Below are positions 1-8,907 of a stretch of 64,000 nt of DNA, in pieces. Within the stretch, counting starts at the first letter, position 1, and every line of letters starts with the position of its first letter. This DNA comes from Candidatus Latescibacterota bacterium (lineage in GTDB: Bacteria; Latescibacterota; UBA2968; GCA-2709665). Under the pieces are notes generated by a model. That model was not told the DNA's origin, ran no database searches, and saw nothing but the letters and a program-made list of their open reading frames with translations. The stretch is taken from assembly GCA_965237675.1 (NCBI GenBank), contig OZ250150.1, forward strand, positions 2,272,001-2,336,000, given 5' to 3'. The translations under genes and the position numbers were made by a program.

Positions 1-2
1 TG

Positions 3-1460
3 GTATTTTCGACGGACGGGGCCACGCTCGCCTCCGGGGCGGAGGATGCCGCGATCAAGCTGTGGGACGTGGCTACGCAAACAGAAGTCGCCACATTGCG
101 GCGGCACACGATCGGGGTCAATTCGGTGGTGTTTTCTCCGGATGGCGGCACGCTGGCCTCCGGATCGAGCGACCATACGGTTAAACTGTGGGACGTGGCC
201 GCACGAACCGAGGTCGCCACTCTCGAAGGGCATACGGATGGGGTCACTTCGGTGGTGTTTTCCCCGAATGGGAGCACGCTGGCCTCCGGGTCGAGCGACC
301 GTACGGTTATATTGTGGGACGCGGCCACGCGAACCGAGGTCGCGGCTCTCGAAGGGCATACGGATGGGATCACCTCGGTGGTGTTTTCTCCGGATGGCGG
401 CACGTTGGCCTCCGGGTCGGGCGACCGCACTGTCAAGCTGTGGGACGTGGCCACGCGAGAACTGATCAACACCCTGGAAGAGCATGTGAATAGAGTCTAT
501 TCGGTGGCGATCTCGCTCAATGGCTCCCTTCTCGCCACCGGGGCAGCGGACGGCACGGTCATCGTAAGGGACGTCGAGACGGGCAATGCCGGGGCAGTCC
601 ACGGGCACACGTCTCTGTCGTCGATGGCGCTCACGTCAGATGGCGGCGTACTGGCCTCGGGGTCGCAGGATGGTACGGTCCGGTTATGGGACGTGGCCAC
701 GCGAACCGAGGTCGCCACTCTCGAAGGGCATAGTGGCTGGGTCTATTCGGTGGCGTTCTCGTCGGACGGGAGCACGCTGGCCTCGGGGTCGCAGGACGGC
801 ACGGTTAAGCTGTGGAACGTGGCCACGCGTACCGAGGTCGCCACTCTCGAAGGGCGTAGTGGCCGGGTCTATTCGGTGGCATTCTCGCCAGATGGGAGCA
901 CGCTGGCCTCGGGGTTCAGGAATGGCACGGTTAAGCTGTGGAACGTGGCCACGCGTACCGAGGTCGCCACTCTCGAAGGGCATGGGGACACGGGCGGAGT
1001 CGGCTCGGTGGCGTTTTCGTCTAATGGGAGCACGCTGGCCGTCGGGTCGAGCGACAACACGGTCAAGCTGTGGGACGTGGCAACGCGAACCGAGGTCGCC
1101 ACTTTAGAAGGACATCGTGGTTGGGTCTATTCGGTGGCGTTCTCGCGGGACGACAGCACGCTGGCCTCGGGGTCGCAGGATGGCACGGTCCGGTTGTGGG
1201 ACGTGGCCACACGAACCGAGACCGCCACTTTAGAAGGGCATCGAGGCTGGGTCTATGCGGTGGCGTTCTCGCCGGATGGGGACTCTCTGGCCTCCGGATC
1301 GCAGGATGGCACGGTCCGGTTATGGGACGTGGCCACGCGAGCCGGGGTCGCCACTCTCAAAGGACATAGTGGTTGGGTCTATGCAGTAGCGTTTTCGCCG
1401 GATGGGAGCATGGTGACTTCCGGGTCGAGGGATGGCACGATGCTGATGTGGAATATCGCG
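3..1460 (+). repeat. Intragenic ~126-nt near-identical WD40 repeat units
   Basis: gtggccacgcgaaccgaggtcgccactctcgaagggcat and close variants recur at ~126-nt spacing. Confidence 0.9.
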
Positions 1461-1676
1461 CCGGCGGTTCCACCACCGACGGTTCCACCGCAGACGGCCG
1501 ATCCCGATTTCAACGACGACGGTAGTGTCGGCTTTGCCGACTTTGTGCTGTTCGCGCAACAGTTCGGCTTGCGTGAAGGCGATGCGGGATATGACGCGAA
1601 GTACGACCTGGACGAGGATGGCGCCATCGGCTTCGGTGATTTTGTGATATTTGCCAACGCGTTCGGGAAGAGTTAA
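3..1676 (+). CDS. WD40-repeat protein with C-terminal double EF-hand/dockerin-like domain (5' end outside window)
   Basis: Frame is open from position 3 (VFSTDGATLASGAEDAAIKLWDV). About 11 GH...VAFSPDG.TLASGS.D.TVKLWD repeats, a Pro-rich linker, then DFNDDGSVGFADF...DLDEDGAIGFGDF. Confidence 0.93.
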   Translation, partial: VFSTDGATLASGAEDAAIKLWDVATQTEVATLRRHTIGVNSVVFSPDGGTLASGSSDHTVKLWDVAARTEVATLEGHTDGVTSVVFSPNGSTLASGSSDRTVILWDAATRTEVAALEGHTDGITSVVFSPDGGTLASGSGDRTVKLWDVATRELINTLEEHVNRVYSVAISLNGSLLATGAADGTVIVRDVETGNAGAVHGHTSLSSMALTSDGGVLASGSQDGTVRLWDVATRTEVATLEGHSGWVYSVAFSSDGSTLASGSQDGTVKLWNVATRTEVATLEGRSGRVYSVAFSPDGSTLASGFRNGTVKLWNVATRTEVATLEGHGDTGGVGSVAFSSNGSTLAVGSSDNTVKLWDVATRTEVATLEGHRGWVYSVAFSRDDSTLASGSQDGTVRLWDVATRTETATLEGHRGWVYAVAFSPDGDSLASGSQDGTVRLWDVATRAGVATLKGHSGWVYAVAFSPDGSMVTSGSRDGTMLMWNIAPAVPPPTVPPQTADPDFNDDGSVGFADFVLFAQQFGLREGDAGYDAKYDLDEDGAIGFGDFVIFANAFGKS

Positions 1677-1683
1677 GCCACTG

Positions 1684-1823
1684 GAGTCAGATCGCCCTTC
1701 TATATACAGCGCGCAACCGCGGGGGCATTGCGCACTTAATATGATTCGGGCCTCTATTCGTATCTCCGCCCACCGGGGGGGAGTGGCAGGCAGAGCGCGC
1801 AACAGAGGCCCGCGTCCTGATTC
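1684..1823 (-). ncRNA. Candidate structured small RNA, family not recognised
   Basis: Lies just downstream of a consensus promoter. Closing stem 1812-1823/1684-1695, long hairpin 1748-1811 and hairpin 1711-1733. Several mismatches resolve as G-U pairs on the minus strand. No convincing ORF. Confidence 0.5.
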
Positions 1824-1828
1824 AATTT

Positions 1829-1857
1829 ATGTTATCCGATTTCCTATTGCGTGTCAA
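1829..1857 (-). promoter_or_regulatory. Sigma70-type promoter
   Basis: Minus strand TTGACA-17 nt-TAACAT. Confidence 0.7.
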
Positions 1858-1929
1858 GCCCCTGCGATCGAAACCGGAGATTTTTTCCGCCACCGACTGA
1901 CGGGGCTTAACGGTGGCCGCATAGCCGTT

Positions 1930-2676
1930 CTAAGGAATTAACTCTATACGGACCACGTTTTTGACGTTCGCGCACCTGTCGTCGGTTTCCGGAACGAAAA
2001 GCCGCAGCGGACCTCCTTGGCGTTTCGGCAGCGGATGGCCTTCCATCCGGTAAACGAGGATGCCGTTGGCCAGGGTCCTTTCGAGGGGAATCCGGGCGAA
2101 GAATTCGTCGTCGGCCGAATGAAAAACAACCTCGCTCACGGTGGCGTCGATCGTCACGCTGTCCAGGAGCCTACGAACGAAGATAGCGGACCCGCGGCGG
2201 CCCGGAAGAAGGCGGCCGATATCGTCGATCGGGTCCGGAATCATTTCGAGATCCGCATACGTAAAGTATATTGGATTCGAGATGCATCCCTCGATTTTCA
2301 GTATCGGCGCCGCCGCGTTGCCGTCCAGCGCTGAATATGTCCTTGCGATGTAGTCGTCTGCGATATCGACCAGCCTGGGGTCGAAGCCGATGGAGGGCGC
2401 GATATGGATTTCGAGACCCGGATGGTCTTTTTGAAAACCATCCACACGCTGCCGGATTCGTTGCAATATTCGTTCGTCTTCCTGAAAGATAAAGGGCAGG
2501 ATCGCTATCCGTCCCGCGCCGCTTTGAACGCACGCAGCCAGTGCGGTTTCGAGGGCGGGATGCCCGTTCAGAACGCCGGGTTCGACAGTGACACCCCGGT
2601 CCCGAAGCGCCTCGGCCACCTCGCCCAGGCAGTTCACATCCGCGCGACCCGCAACAAGCACGGTGGCGTGGATCAT
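1930..2676 (-). CDS. Fusion of a CbiX/SirB-like domain and a molybdopterin-oxidoreductase-like (sulfite oxidase fold) domain
   Basis: N-half P.LETALAACVQSGAGRIAILPF...HPGLEIHIAPSIGFDPRL resembles CbiX. C-half LVYRMEGHPLPKRQGGPLRLFVP...NVKNVVRIEL resembles Oxidored_molyb. Confidence 0.7.
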   Translation of the reverse strand: MIHATVLVAGRADVNCLGEVAEALRDRGVTVEPGVLNGHPALETALAACVQSGAGRIAILPFIFQEDERILQRIRQRVDGFQKDHPGLEIHIAPSIGFDPRLVDIADDYIARTYSALDGNAAAPILKIEGCISNPIYFTYADLEMIPDPIDDIGRLLPGRRGSAIFVRRLLDSVTIDATVSEVVFHSADDEFFARIPLERTLANGILVYRMEGHPLPKRQGGPLRLFVPETDDRCANVKNVVRIELIP

Positions 2677-2725
2677 TGAATTACCTCCATCGCTTCACTC
2701 GCGACCGCGCGGTCGCCCGTTAGAT

Positions 2726-2863
2726 ATGCTCCCCTTCTTCGATGATCTTCCGCTTCTCATTCGAATGGTTCTGCTGATTTCCGCCGTGCTCGTACTGGTG
2801 ATCTGCGCCGGCCTGGTCTGGCGAATGGTCAAGGCCGTGTTCGGAAGGAAAGATCTCGATTAG
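2726..2863 (+). CDS. Putative 45-aa single-pass membrane protein
   Basis: ATG at 2726, hydrophobic stretch MVLLISAVLVLVICAGLVW, basic tail. No clear RBS. Confidence 0.4.
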   Translation: MLPFFDDLPLLIRMVLLISAVLVLVICAGLVWRMVKAVFGRKDLD

Positions 2864-3064
2864 CCCGCCAGCAGGGCGATCCTTCCTGAATCCAGGCGCA
2901 ATCGTCGACAACCGAGACAAGATCTATCCGCTTCAAAACCTCGGTGGTTGGGGCACCCATAGCCGATCAAGCCGATCACGATATGGACACACACGAGTGT
3001 GTGTATATTTTCCAATACCTTGATTTTACGGCAGTTATTCCCCAACGCACGTCGCGAAATCACG

Positions 3065-3346
3065 CTATCTCCCCGGTCGATCCGAAACCTTTTTTAACTC
3101 GCTTCGCGCATAGGAGAGGGCCATAACTTCCAGGGCGTTGATGAGGTATACGTCGCGCGCGTGGCGGTCCAGGGCTTCGGACATCTGTTTGGCGAGCGCC
3201 GGGATTTCGGCCTCCAGGTCGGCTCTCATATCGTCCCAGCCGGACAGGCGACCGTGCTTTTCCAGGTAGGATTTTCGCGCGGCCCGGTAGATAGCCTTGG
3301 CGAGTTTGCGCGGGTCTCCGTCGAGTTGGATCTGTGAGTTATCCAT
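3065..3346 (-). CDS. Hypothetical helical protein, 93 aa
   Basis: ATG start, protein-like composition, no competing ORF. Confidence 0.65.
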   Translation of the reverse strand: MDNSQIQLDGDPRKLAKAIYRAARKSYLEKHGRLSGWDDMRADLEAEIPALAKQMSEALDRHARDVYLINALEVMALSYARSELKKVSDRPGR

Positions 3347-3387
3347 TGGGATTTTGTGTTATTGGTCGTGATTGCGGTTGATGGGGC

Positions 3388-3459
3388 GGCGTCCGCGCCG
3401 TGACGTGGGATGGCCGGTAAGGTTGCATGGGGGCGTAGGGGCGACCGGCCGGACGCCCC
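3388..3459. repeat. GTAG-type REP hairpin with conserved flank; inverted copy at 31456-31530
   Basis: gtaggggcgaccggccggacgcccc; the reverse complement of the flank matches cgcccctacgcctccctgcaaccttaccggcc...cacgtcacg at 31471 onward. Confidence 0.75.
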
Positions 3460-3504
3460 GTCGAAGGCGCCTTCCAGTCGGACGACACGAAATCTATGAT
3501 CCGC

Positions 3505-6500
3505 TCATCCACTCGAGCCGACCGGTTCGAAGCGGACGGTGTCACCGACCACGTAGTCCACGACCTGGACCCATGCGCCGGGCGCGAGATTCCGGAGCCT
3601 GTCTCCATCGCCTCTATTGGGGTCGATGCGAACGGTGGTGCGGACGCGCCCGGGCGGCCAGGAACCCTCATTGCTCGCGTTGGCGATTACGGCCCAGTCG
3701 TCGTTCGCGCCGGTCTGAATGCGCGTACCGTTGAGGTTTCCGGATTTGGCCAGGACGTGAAAACCGAAGTCGATTCTGCCGTCTTCAGCGGCAACGACGC
3801 GCGCGCGCCCCAGGAGGGAGGTGACGTCGAGTGTGAGTCGATGAATTCGCGCGCCCGCGTGCTCCACCGCTTCAACGCGATAGTTGTGTGCCCGGCCGTC
3901 GGGGTTGACGATGATGCGGTCTCCGGCGGCGATGCCCTCCAGACCTTCCACGTCAACCGTACACGCGTCCCGGTCGAGGGCGACGATGCGGCCGGTTTGA
4001 CGGGCGTGACTGATTGCGAATGACATCCCGGAGTCCTGGAATGCGGACGCGCCCAGGGTTGAAATCCGGCCGTCGACGACGGCCGCCAGGGCGCCGTGTA
4101 ACGTGACGCCGTCTTCAAAGCGGGTGGCGTCGGCGGGACCGGCGTCGGGTGACCAGTAAAGCGAGATTTTCTTTCCTCCAGCCGTGGTGAGCCGCACGCC
4201 GGCGGCCGTGGACGTCTGCGTGGGAACGGCGACCGCTTCGGCAAGGGTCGGTTCGCCGATTCGGGGTTCGAATACGAGATCGACGCACGTGGTATCGTCC
4301 TGAGGCGTGCGCCGCCAGAGGACGGGGTTATAAAGGTAGTTGGACGTTTCGGGGGCGCCCATTGCCTGCGCCGCCCGGGTGGTGAGTAGCCGGGTGTCCG
4401 GGGAAACGTTGACCTGGTGGATGTCCAGATGGACCGCGGGCTCAGCCTGCGATTGCCAGGCCCCGCTGAAGGCCGGCGGCGCCTGGCCGTCCGACACGTC
4501 GTCCATGTACGCCAGAGCGGTATGGTCCGGGTGCGGCAGGTCGCCGGTCTGCGCGCGTTCGATTTGGGGACCGGCGACGGTCCCGGATCGGGGTTGGAGG
4601 CCAGCGTCGTCCGACTGGAATACGCCATCGAGCCCGCGGCACGTGCGCCAGTGTTCCGTGCCTCCCGTGATCCGGGAGAGGTCGACGAGGGCGACTCCGT
4701 CGCTGTCCGTCTCCACCAGGGCGATGAGGCGGCGGAACGTGACACCGAGCTTATGCCATCCGCGCCCTACGTCGTGCGCCCATCGGTGCGCCTCGACGTC
4801 CAGTACCTGGACGCCGTCCACAAAGAGGCTGCGAACCAGGCGCCCGCGGCCGGCGCTTATGGGTTCGCCCGGAGGCAGGTCTGACCAGACGGTGTTGTGG
4901 GTCGCCCAGTGGGATTCCCAGGGGGACATGCTTGCCCACGACTGGGGGTATCCGAGGTCGGTCAGAAACGGACGTCCGAACGCAAAAAACTGGACGTCCA
5001 GAAGGTCTCTGTGGCGGTGGTGGACGGTATCCCCGTACACGATGCCGGCGGCGGCCCGCTCGGGGGCCTCGGGTGTGCGGAGAATCGCAATGCCGACGCC
5101 GTCGTGGACCGTGGGTCCGAGGGCCACGTGCCGTTTGTTCTGAACGGCCGACTGGATCTCCTTCACCCGCGGGTCATCGGTGAAGGCCACCGCTCGCTCA
5201 AGAAGATCGGGATCCATCGGCGGATGAAAGAGATCGCGTTCCAGCCGGATGGTGCCCTCTCCCTTGAAGCCGGCCGAGCCGGGGGCCGATCCATCGCCGA
5301 ACTGGAAGAAGGATTTTCCAACCATCGTGATCTCGTGCAGCGCACGGGGTACGTGCGCTGCACGACGATCGTCGAAGAGGGAGGGGTAGTCGGATTCAGG
5401 GTAGGCGTCGGGTTGCAGGGCACGAAGGTTTCGGAGGTGATGTTCCAGGTCGAACAGCCCGTCGCTGTGGATCGAGTTGTAGCCACCCGTGGCCTCCTGG
5501 GGGGTGCCGTCCGGGAAGAAGTCGTTGGTGGTGAAGACACGCAGCGTGTCCGGCCCTTCATCGTAGATCCAATCCATCACGTCCCCCGCGTCGGGGCGGT
5601 CCAGACAGCGCAGGATAAACAGCGCCCCCTGGCTTTCTCTCGGAAGGTTGCTGCTCGCGCCCCGATCCAGCGTGACCTGGAGCAGGGCCGCCAGCATCTC
5701 CTCCGTCAGTTGACAGGCATCTTCGGGAGTCTCAACGGAAAGGCCCATCGATTGGGCGCGTCCGACGAGCTCCCGGTCCTCCCGCATCAGCGGCCACACC
5801 GTGTCGTATGCCAGCGCCAGGCTCGCGATGAGATACGGGGTGTCGATGCTGTAGCGGACGCTGCCCTTGGCGCGCAGCGCCTGAACCGGATCGGATTCGT
5901 CCGCCCAGTCGGGCTGGCCCCAATCCCAGGGTTCCTCCACGCCTTTCGACGGGCCGTACCGGAACTGGGGAACGGAGGCCAGATAGAGCTCTTCCTCGGC
6001 GTATCTCAGCAGCAGCAACCCGAGCCGGCGCGCGAGCGCTTCGTCGAAACCCCCGGCGCGCAGGGCATTCGTCAGAGCGTTGATTCCCGAATGGAAGCTG
6101 CGGGATTGATCCCGGTGATAGGTGGCGGCAAAGAGGTAGATGTGACCGTCGGCGTCGAAAAAACCGTACCCGTCGTCCGGATATTCGCCCGAAAAGTAGT
6201 CTTCGTTCGCCAGGTCGTTGCTGGGATAGACCGAAGCGCAATTGGGACATTCCGACTTGAAATCGCACGGGAGATGGTTGCGCGTCCAGGGATAAAAGCC
6301 GCTGTATTTGAAAATCGCCGTACCGCAGTTGGGGCAGCCCTGGTGGCAGTTGGCAAAATGGGCTTTGGGCAGTTCCGTGGCCGGAAGCTGCGCCCAGATG
6401 ATTTCGTCAGGCTGGGACGACCACCAGGCGATGGTTTCTTCGGCAAGGCGATCCGATAGGGGTTCGTCCTGCAGCGTCCGCCGTGTCTTTGTGGACCGGT

Positions 6501-6822
6501 AATCTCTCCCCAGAGGCCAGCGGCGCGGCCACCAGGCGCCGTTGTAGGTGTGCGGCACGCGCAGTTCGTCCAGGGTACGGACCTGGATAGTTGTTTCCGT
6601 CTCCTTACCGCCGTGAGCCGCGCGGAGGGTGTAGTCTCCGGCCTGTCGGGGAGATCGCAGATAGTGGTAGATCGCGGTGTCCCGTTCGGACCACCGGGTC
6701 GAAATGACCTCGAAATGGTCGGCTGAGAGCGTGACGTTGTCGCCGGGCGCCTGAACGGGCAGACGGAAGCTGCGTCCGGGGAGAATGACCCTGGGGTGCC
6801 AGGGTATGGCGAGATCGGACAT
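3505..6822 (-). CDS. Heparinase II/III-like polysaccharide lyase family protein (~1105 aa)
   Basis: HHRHRDLL...FGRPFLTDLGYP...HNTV motif, N-terminal CPNC pairs, ATG at 6822 preceded by AAGGGA. Confidence 0.72.
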   Translation of the reverse strand: MSDLAIPWHPRVILPGRSFRLPVQAPGDNVTLSADHFEVISTRWSERDTAIYHYLRSPRQAGDYTLRAAHGGKETETTIQVRTLDELRVPHTYNGAWWPRRWPLGRDYRSTKTRRTLQDEPLSDRLAEETIAWWSSQPDEIIWAQLPATELPKAHFANCHQGCPNCGTAIFKYSGFYPWTRNHLPCDFKSECPNCASVYPSNDLANEDYFSGEYPDDGYGFFDADGHIYLFAATYHRDQSRSFHSGINALTNALRAGGFDEALARRLGLLLLRYAEEELYLASVPQFRYGPSKGVEEPWDWGQPDWADESDPVQALRAKGSVRYSIDTPYLIASLALAYDTVWPLMREDRELVGRAQSMGLSVETPEDACQLTEEMLAALLQVTLDRGASSNLPRESQGALFILRCLDRPDAGDVMDWIYDEGPDTLRVFTTNDFFPDGTPQEATGGYNSIHSDGLFDLEHHLRNLRALQPDAYPESDYPSLFDDRRAAHVPRALHEITMVGKSFFQFGDGSAPGSAGFKGEGTIRLERDLFHPPMDPDLLERAVAFTDDPRVKEIQSAVQNKRHVALGPTVHDGVGIAILRTPEAPERAAAGIVYGDTVHHRHRDLLDVQFFAFGRPFLTDLGYPQSWASMSPWESHWATHNTVWSDLPPGEPISAGRGRLVRSLFVDGVQVLDVEAHRWAHDVGRGWHKLGVTFRRLIALVETDSDGVALVDLSRITGGTEHWRTCRGLDGVFQSDDAGLQPRSGTVAGPQIERAQTGDLPHPDHTALAYMDDVSDGQAPPAFSGAWQSQAEPAVHLDIHQVNVSPDTRLLTTRAAQAMGAPETSNYLYNPVLWRRTPQDDTTCVDLVFEPRIGEPTLAEAVAVPTQTSTAAGVRLTTAGGKKISLYWSPDAGPADATRFEDGVTLHGALAAVVDGRISTLGASAFQDSGMSFAISHARQTGRIVALDRDACTVDVEGLEGIAAGDRIIVNPDGRAHNYRVEAVEHAGARIHRLTLDVTSLLGRARVVAAEDGRIDFGFHVLAKSGNLNGTRIQTGANDDWAVIANASNEGSWPPGRVRTTVRIDPNRGDGDRLRNLAPGAWVQVVDYVVGDTVRFEPVGSSG

Positions 6823-6884
6823 GGTGGATTCCCTTGAAAAAAGGATGTGAGGTTGGAGCCCGGGGCCCGCTGCCGGATTCAGGT

Positions 6885-7721
6885 CTATACAGCCATTTTC
6901 GCCTTGACAGCGGCATGGCATCGGTAGTTGATTAGGTGGAAGTCGTCGTAGACGAAGTCGTCGATGGTCTTCTGGCCACGATCCGTAATACCAAGGCGAG
7001 GTAGCGGAAACGGGTCGCGGGAGAGCTGCTCCTGAACCGCGTCAAGGTGGTTCAGGTAGATGTGTGCGTCGGCCAGCGTATGGATGAATTCACCGGGTTC
7101 GAGACGGGTGATTCTGGCGACCATGTGGAGCAGGAGCGAGTAGGAGGCGATGTTGAGCGGGACCCCGAGAAACATGTCGCAGGATCGCTGGTACATCTGG
7201 AGGGATAGTCTGCCTTCCGCGACGTAAAACTGAAAGAAAGAATGACACGGGGGAAGGGCGACGTCTTTCGGCGCGACTTCGGCGGCGTTCCAGGCGTTCA
7301 CGATCATGCGCCTGGAGTCCGGGCTCCGGCGTATCAGGTCGATCGCCTCGTGCAACTGGTCCACGGTCCGTTCCGCACCGCGCCAGTGCCGCCACTGGAC
7401 GCCGTAGATGCGTCCCATGGAGCCGCCGTTCTCGCGCAGGCCGAGCCTGTTGAGGTAATCTTCGTAGTTGCCGTCCCAGAGTTTGTTGTGGGGATAGATT
7501 TTCTTGAGGTCGTTGATGTTGTCAGATCCTGAAATGAACCAGAGAAGCTCGGAGAGCATGGATTTCCAGACCAGTTTTTTTGTCGTTACGGCGGGGAATC
7601 CGTCCTTCATATCGTACCGCGCCTGAAGGCCGAAACAGGAAATCGTGCCCACGCCGGTCCGATCCTCTTTCCTGACGCCCTGGTCCAGGACGTGCCGAAG
7701 CTGATCGAGATATTGTTTCAT
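6885..7721 (-). CDS. thyA: Thymidylate synthase
   Basis: MKQYL, DRTGVGT, YGVQWR, DSRR, ALPPCH, YQRSCDMFLGVPLN, HIYLNH, C-terminal MAV. Confidence 0.98.
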   Translation of the reverse strand: MKQYLDQLRHVLDQGVRKEDRTGVGTISCFGLQARYDMKDGFPAVTTKKLVWKSMLSELLWFISGSDNINDLKKIYPHNKLWDGNYEDYLNRLGLRENGGSMGRIYGVQWRHWRGAERTVDQLHEAIDLIRRSPDSRRMIVNAWNAAEVAPKDVALPPCHSFFQFYVAEGRLSLQMYQRSCDMFLGVPLNIASYSLLLHMVARITRLEPGEFIHTLADAHIYLNHLDAVQEQLSRDPFPLPRLGITDRGQKTIDDFVYDDFHLINYRCHAAVKAKMAV

Positions 7722-7789
7722 ATTATTTCCTGCCGAAGAATACGGAATATGGTCCCGTCTGCGGCCTCGGGCTTGCGGAGGTGCGTTCA

Positions 7790-7916
7790 TTGAGCTTGTC
7801 GAAATGCCCGCGCTTCCGCAACCTTCGCCGACCCTTCGACAGGCTCAGGGGGCGGCCCAGGATGCACCGTTCAGTACCTCTCGGCAACCCTTCGCCGACC
7901 CATTGAAAGGCTCAGG
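7790..7916. repeat. Cluster of CTTCGACA(A/G)GCTCAG-type REP-like repeats
   Basis: tgagcttgtcgaa and ccttcgccgacccttcgacaggctcagg; the same motif occurs near 19688, 21277, 23130-23325 and 45760-45865. Confidence 0.8.
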
Positions 7917-8050
7917 CTAGCGCTCGGTTATAACTGGCTCACAGTCGCCGCAAATGCTTGATTGCGTTCGTTGCCAGCATTGCCTGTGCCGGTCGTGTAG
8001 AGCTTGTCGACATGTACGCGTATTGCTCCTTGTGAAGTGGAAATTCCCAC

Positions 8051-8401
8051 ACCCCCAAACGTCCCCTATTCCCTTGCCCTTTTTCTTGCTTCGCCCAAGA
8101 AAAAGGGCGAAAAAGAAGGGCGCCGCTCGGCGCGGGGCCGGTTTTTCCACGAATCTCGGAAGTGGCGTAGACGAGCGATTGTGCCCTGCGTCCCGATTCG
8201 GACACACGTCGCATTGGTGCTGAACGGAATAACGTGGAAAAACCCCCAACGCCACAACCGTGCGCTTGAAGGGACCTTACGAGTTTCGGTACGATAGTGA
8301 TGCTGTACGATAGAGCGCGGAATCTGCCACCGCCCGCCTTGCCGGTGTTCCTCCCCCTTTCCTTTAGGAGAGGGGGCCGGGGGGAGAGGTCCCGGCGCTG
8401 A
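8051..8401. repeat. Modular non-coding repeat element, copy A
   Basis: Shares acccc.aacgtcccc.attcccttgccctttttc, gaagggcgccgctcggcgcggggccggtttttcc and the downstream stem-loop with 60236-60780 and 62701-63100. Confidence 0.88.
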
Positions 8402-8433
8402 CTGCTGCGGTGCTTTTCCGTCTGCTCGCCGAT

Positions 8434-8907
8434 TTAACGATTCTTCCGTCTTCTTTCATACACAAACAGGGTGAATTCCGGGTGGTCTTCTTTTCTGGCG
8501 ATTCTCCAGTCGCCCTCATCGAACTCGGGGAAGAACGTGTCGCCGTCGTATTCGCCCTTGATGCGGGAGAGATACATCCGATTCGCGAGGGGAATGGACT
8601 GCCGGTAAATGTCGGCGCCGCCGCCGCTGAAAATGGGTTTCCCGTAGGACCTGGCTTTTTCGAGTGCTTCCTCAAAGGTGCGGCAGACGTCGACACCCCC
8701 GGTTTCCGGGAATGAACGGCTGACGACGACGTGGGGGCGTTTCGGCAGGGGCCTGCAGCCGATGGATTCAAAGGTTTTGCGCCCCATGATGAGAACGCCG
8801 CCGGTGGTGATTCTCTTGAACTGTCGGAGTTCCTCGGAAACGTGCCATGGCATGGCATTGTCTTTGCCGATCACCCTGTTTTCCGTCATGGCGGCGATGA
8901 TGGTCAT
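8434..8907 (-). CDS. folA: Dihydrofolate reductase
   Basis: IIAAMTENRVIGKDNAMPW, MGRKTFESIG..PLP.R, GGADIY, GDTFFP; ATGA overlap with the rimO stop. Confidence 0.96.
   Translation of the reverse strand: MTIIAAMTENRVIGKDNAMPWHVSEELRQFKRITTGGVLIMGRKTFESIGCRPLPKRPHVVVSRSFPETGGVDVCRTFEEALEKARSYGKPIFSGGGADIYRQSIPLANRMYLSRIKGEYDGDTFFPEFDEGDWRIARKEDHPEFTLFVYERRRKNR

Noticed and set aside
2860-3063. 67-aa ORF and palindrome acacacacgagtgtgtgt
   Set aside because: No RBS or recognisable family, and no gene clearly regulated by the palindrome.
4897-6459. Long antisense ORFs (also 34036-35604, 49395-51131, 21441-22889)
   Set aside because: Shadows of real genes on the opposite strand, expected with GC-rich codon usage; no motifs.
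7917-8297. Short ORFs over the modular repeat, with similar ORFs at 60.2-60.8 and 62.5-63.3 kb
   Set aside because: Peptide similarity just follows the DNA repeat; frames and stops are not conserved between copies.
8121-8330. Canonical DGR template/variable repeat pair
   Set aside because: No RT or target ORF in the window, and about 14 of 47 mismatches involve no adenine; kept only as a weaker hypothesis.
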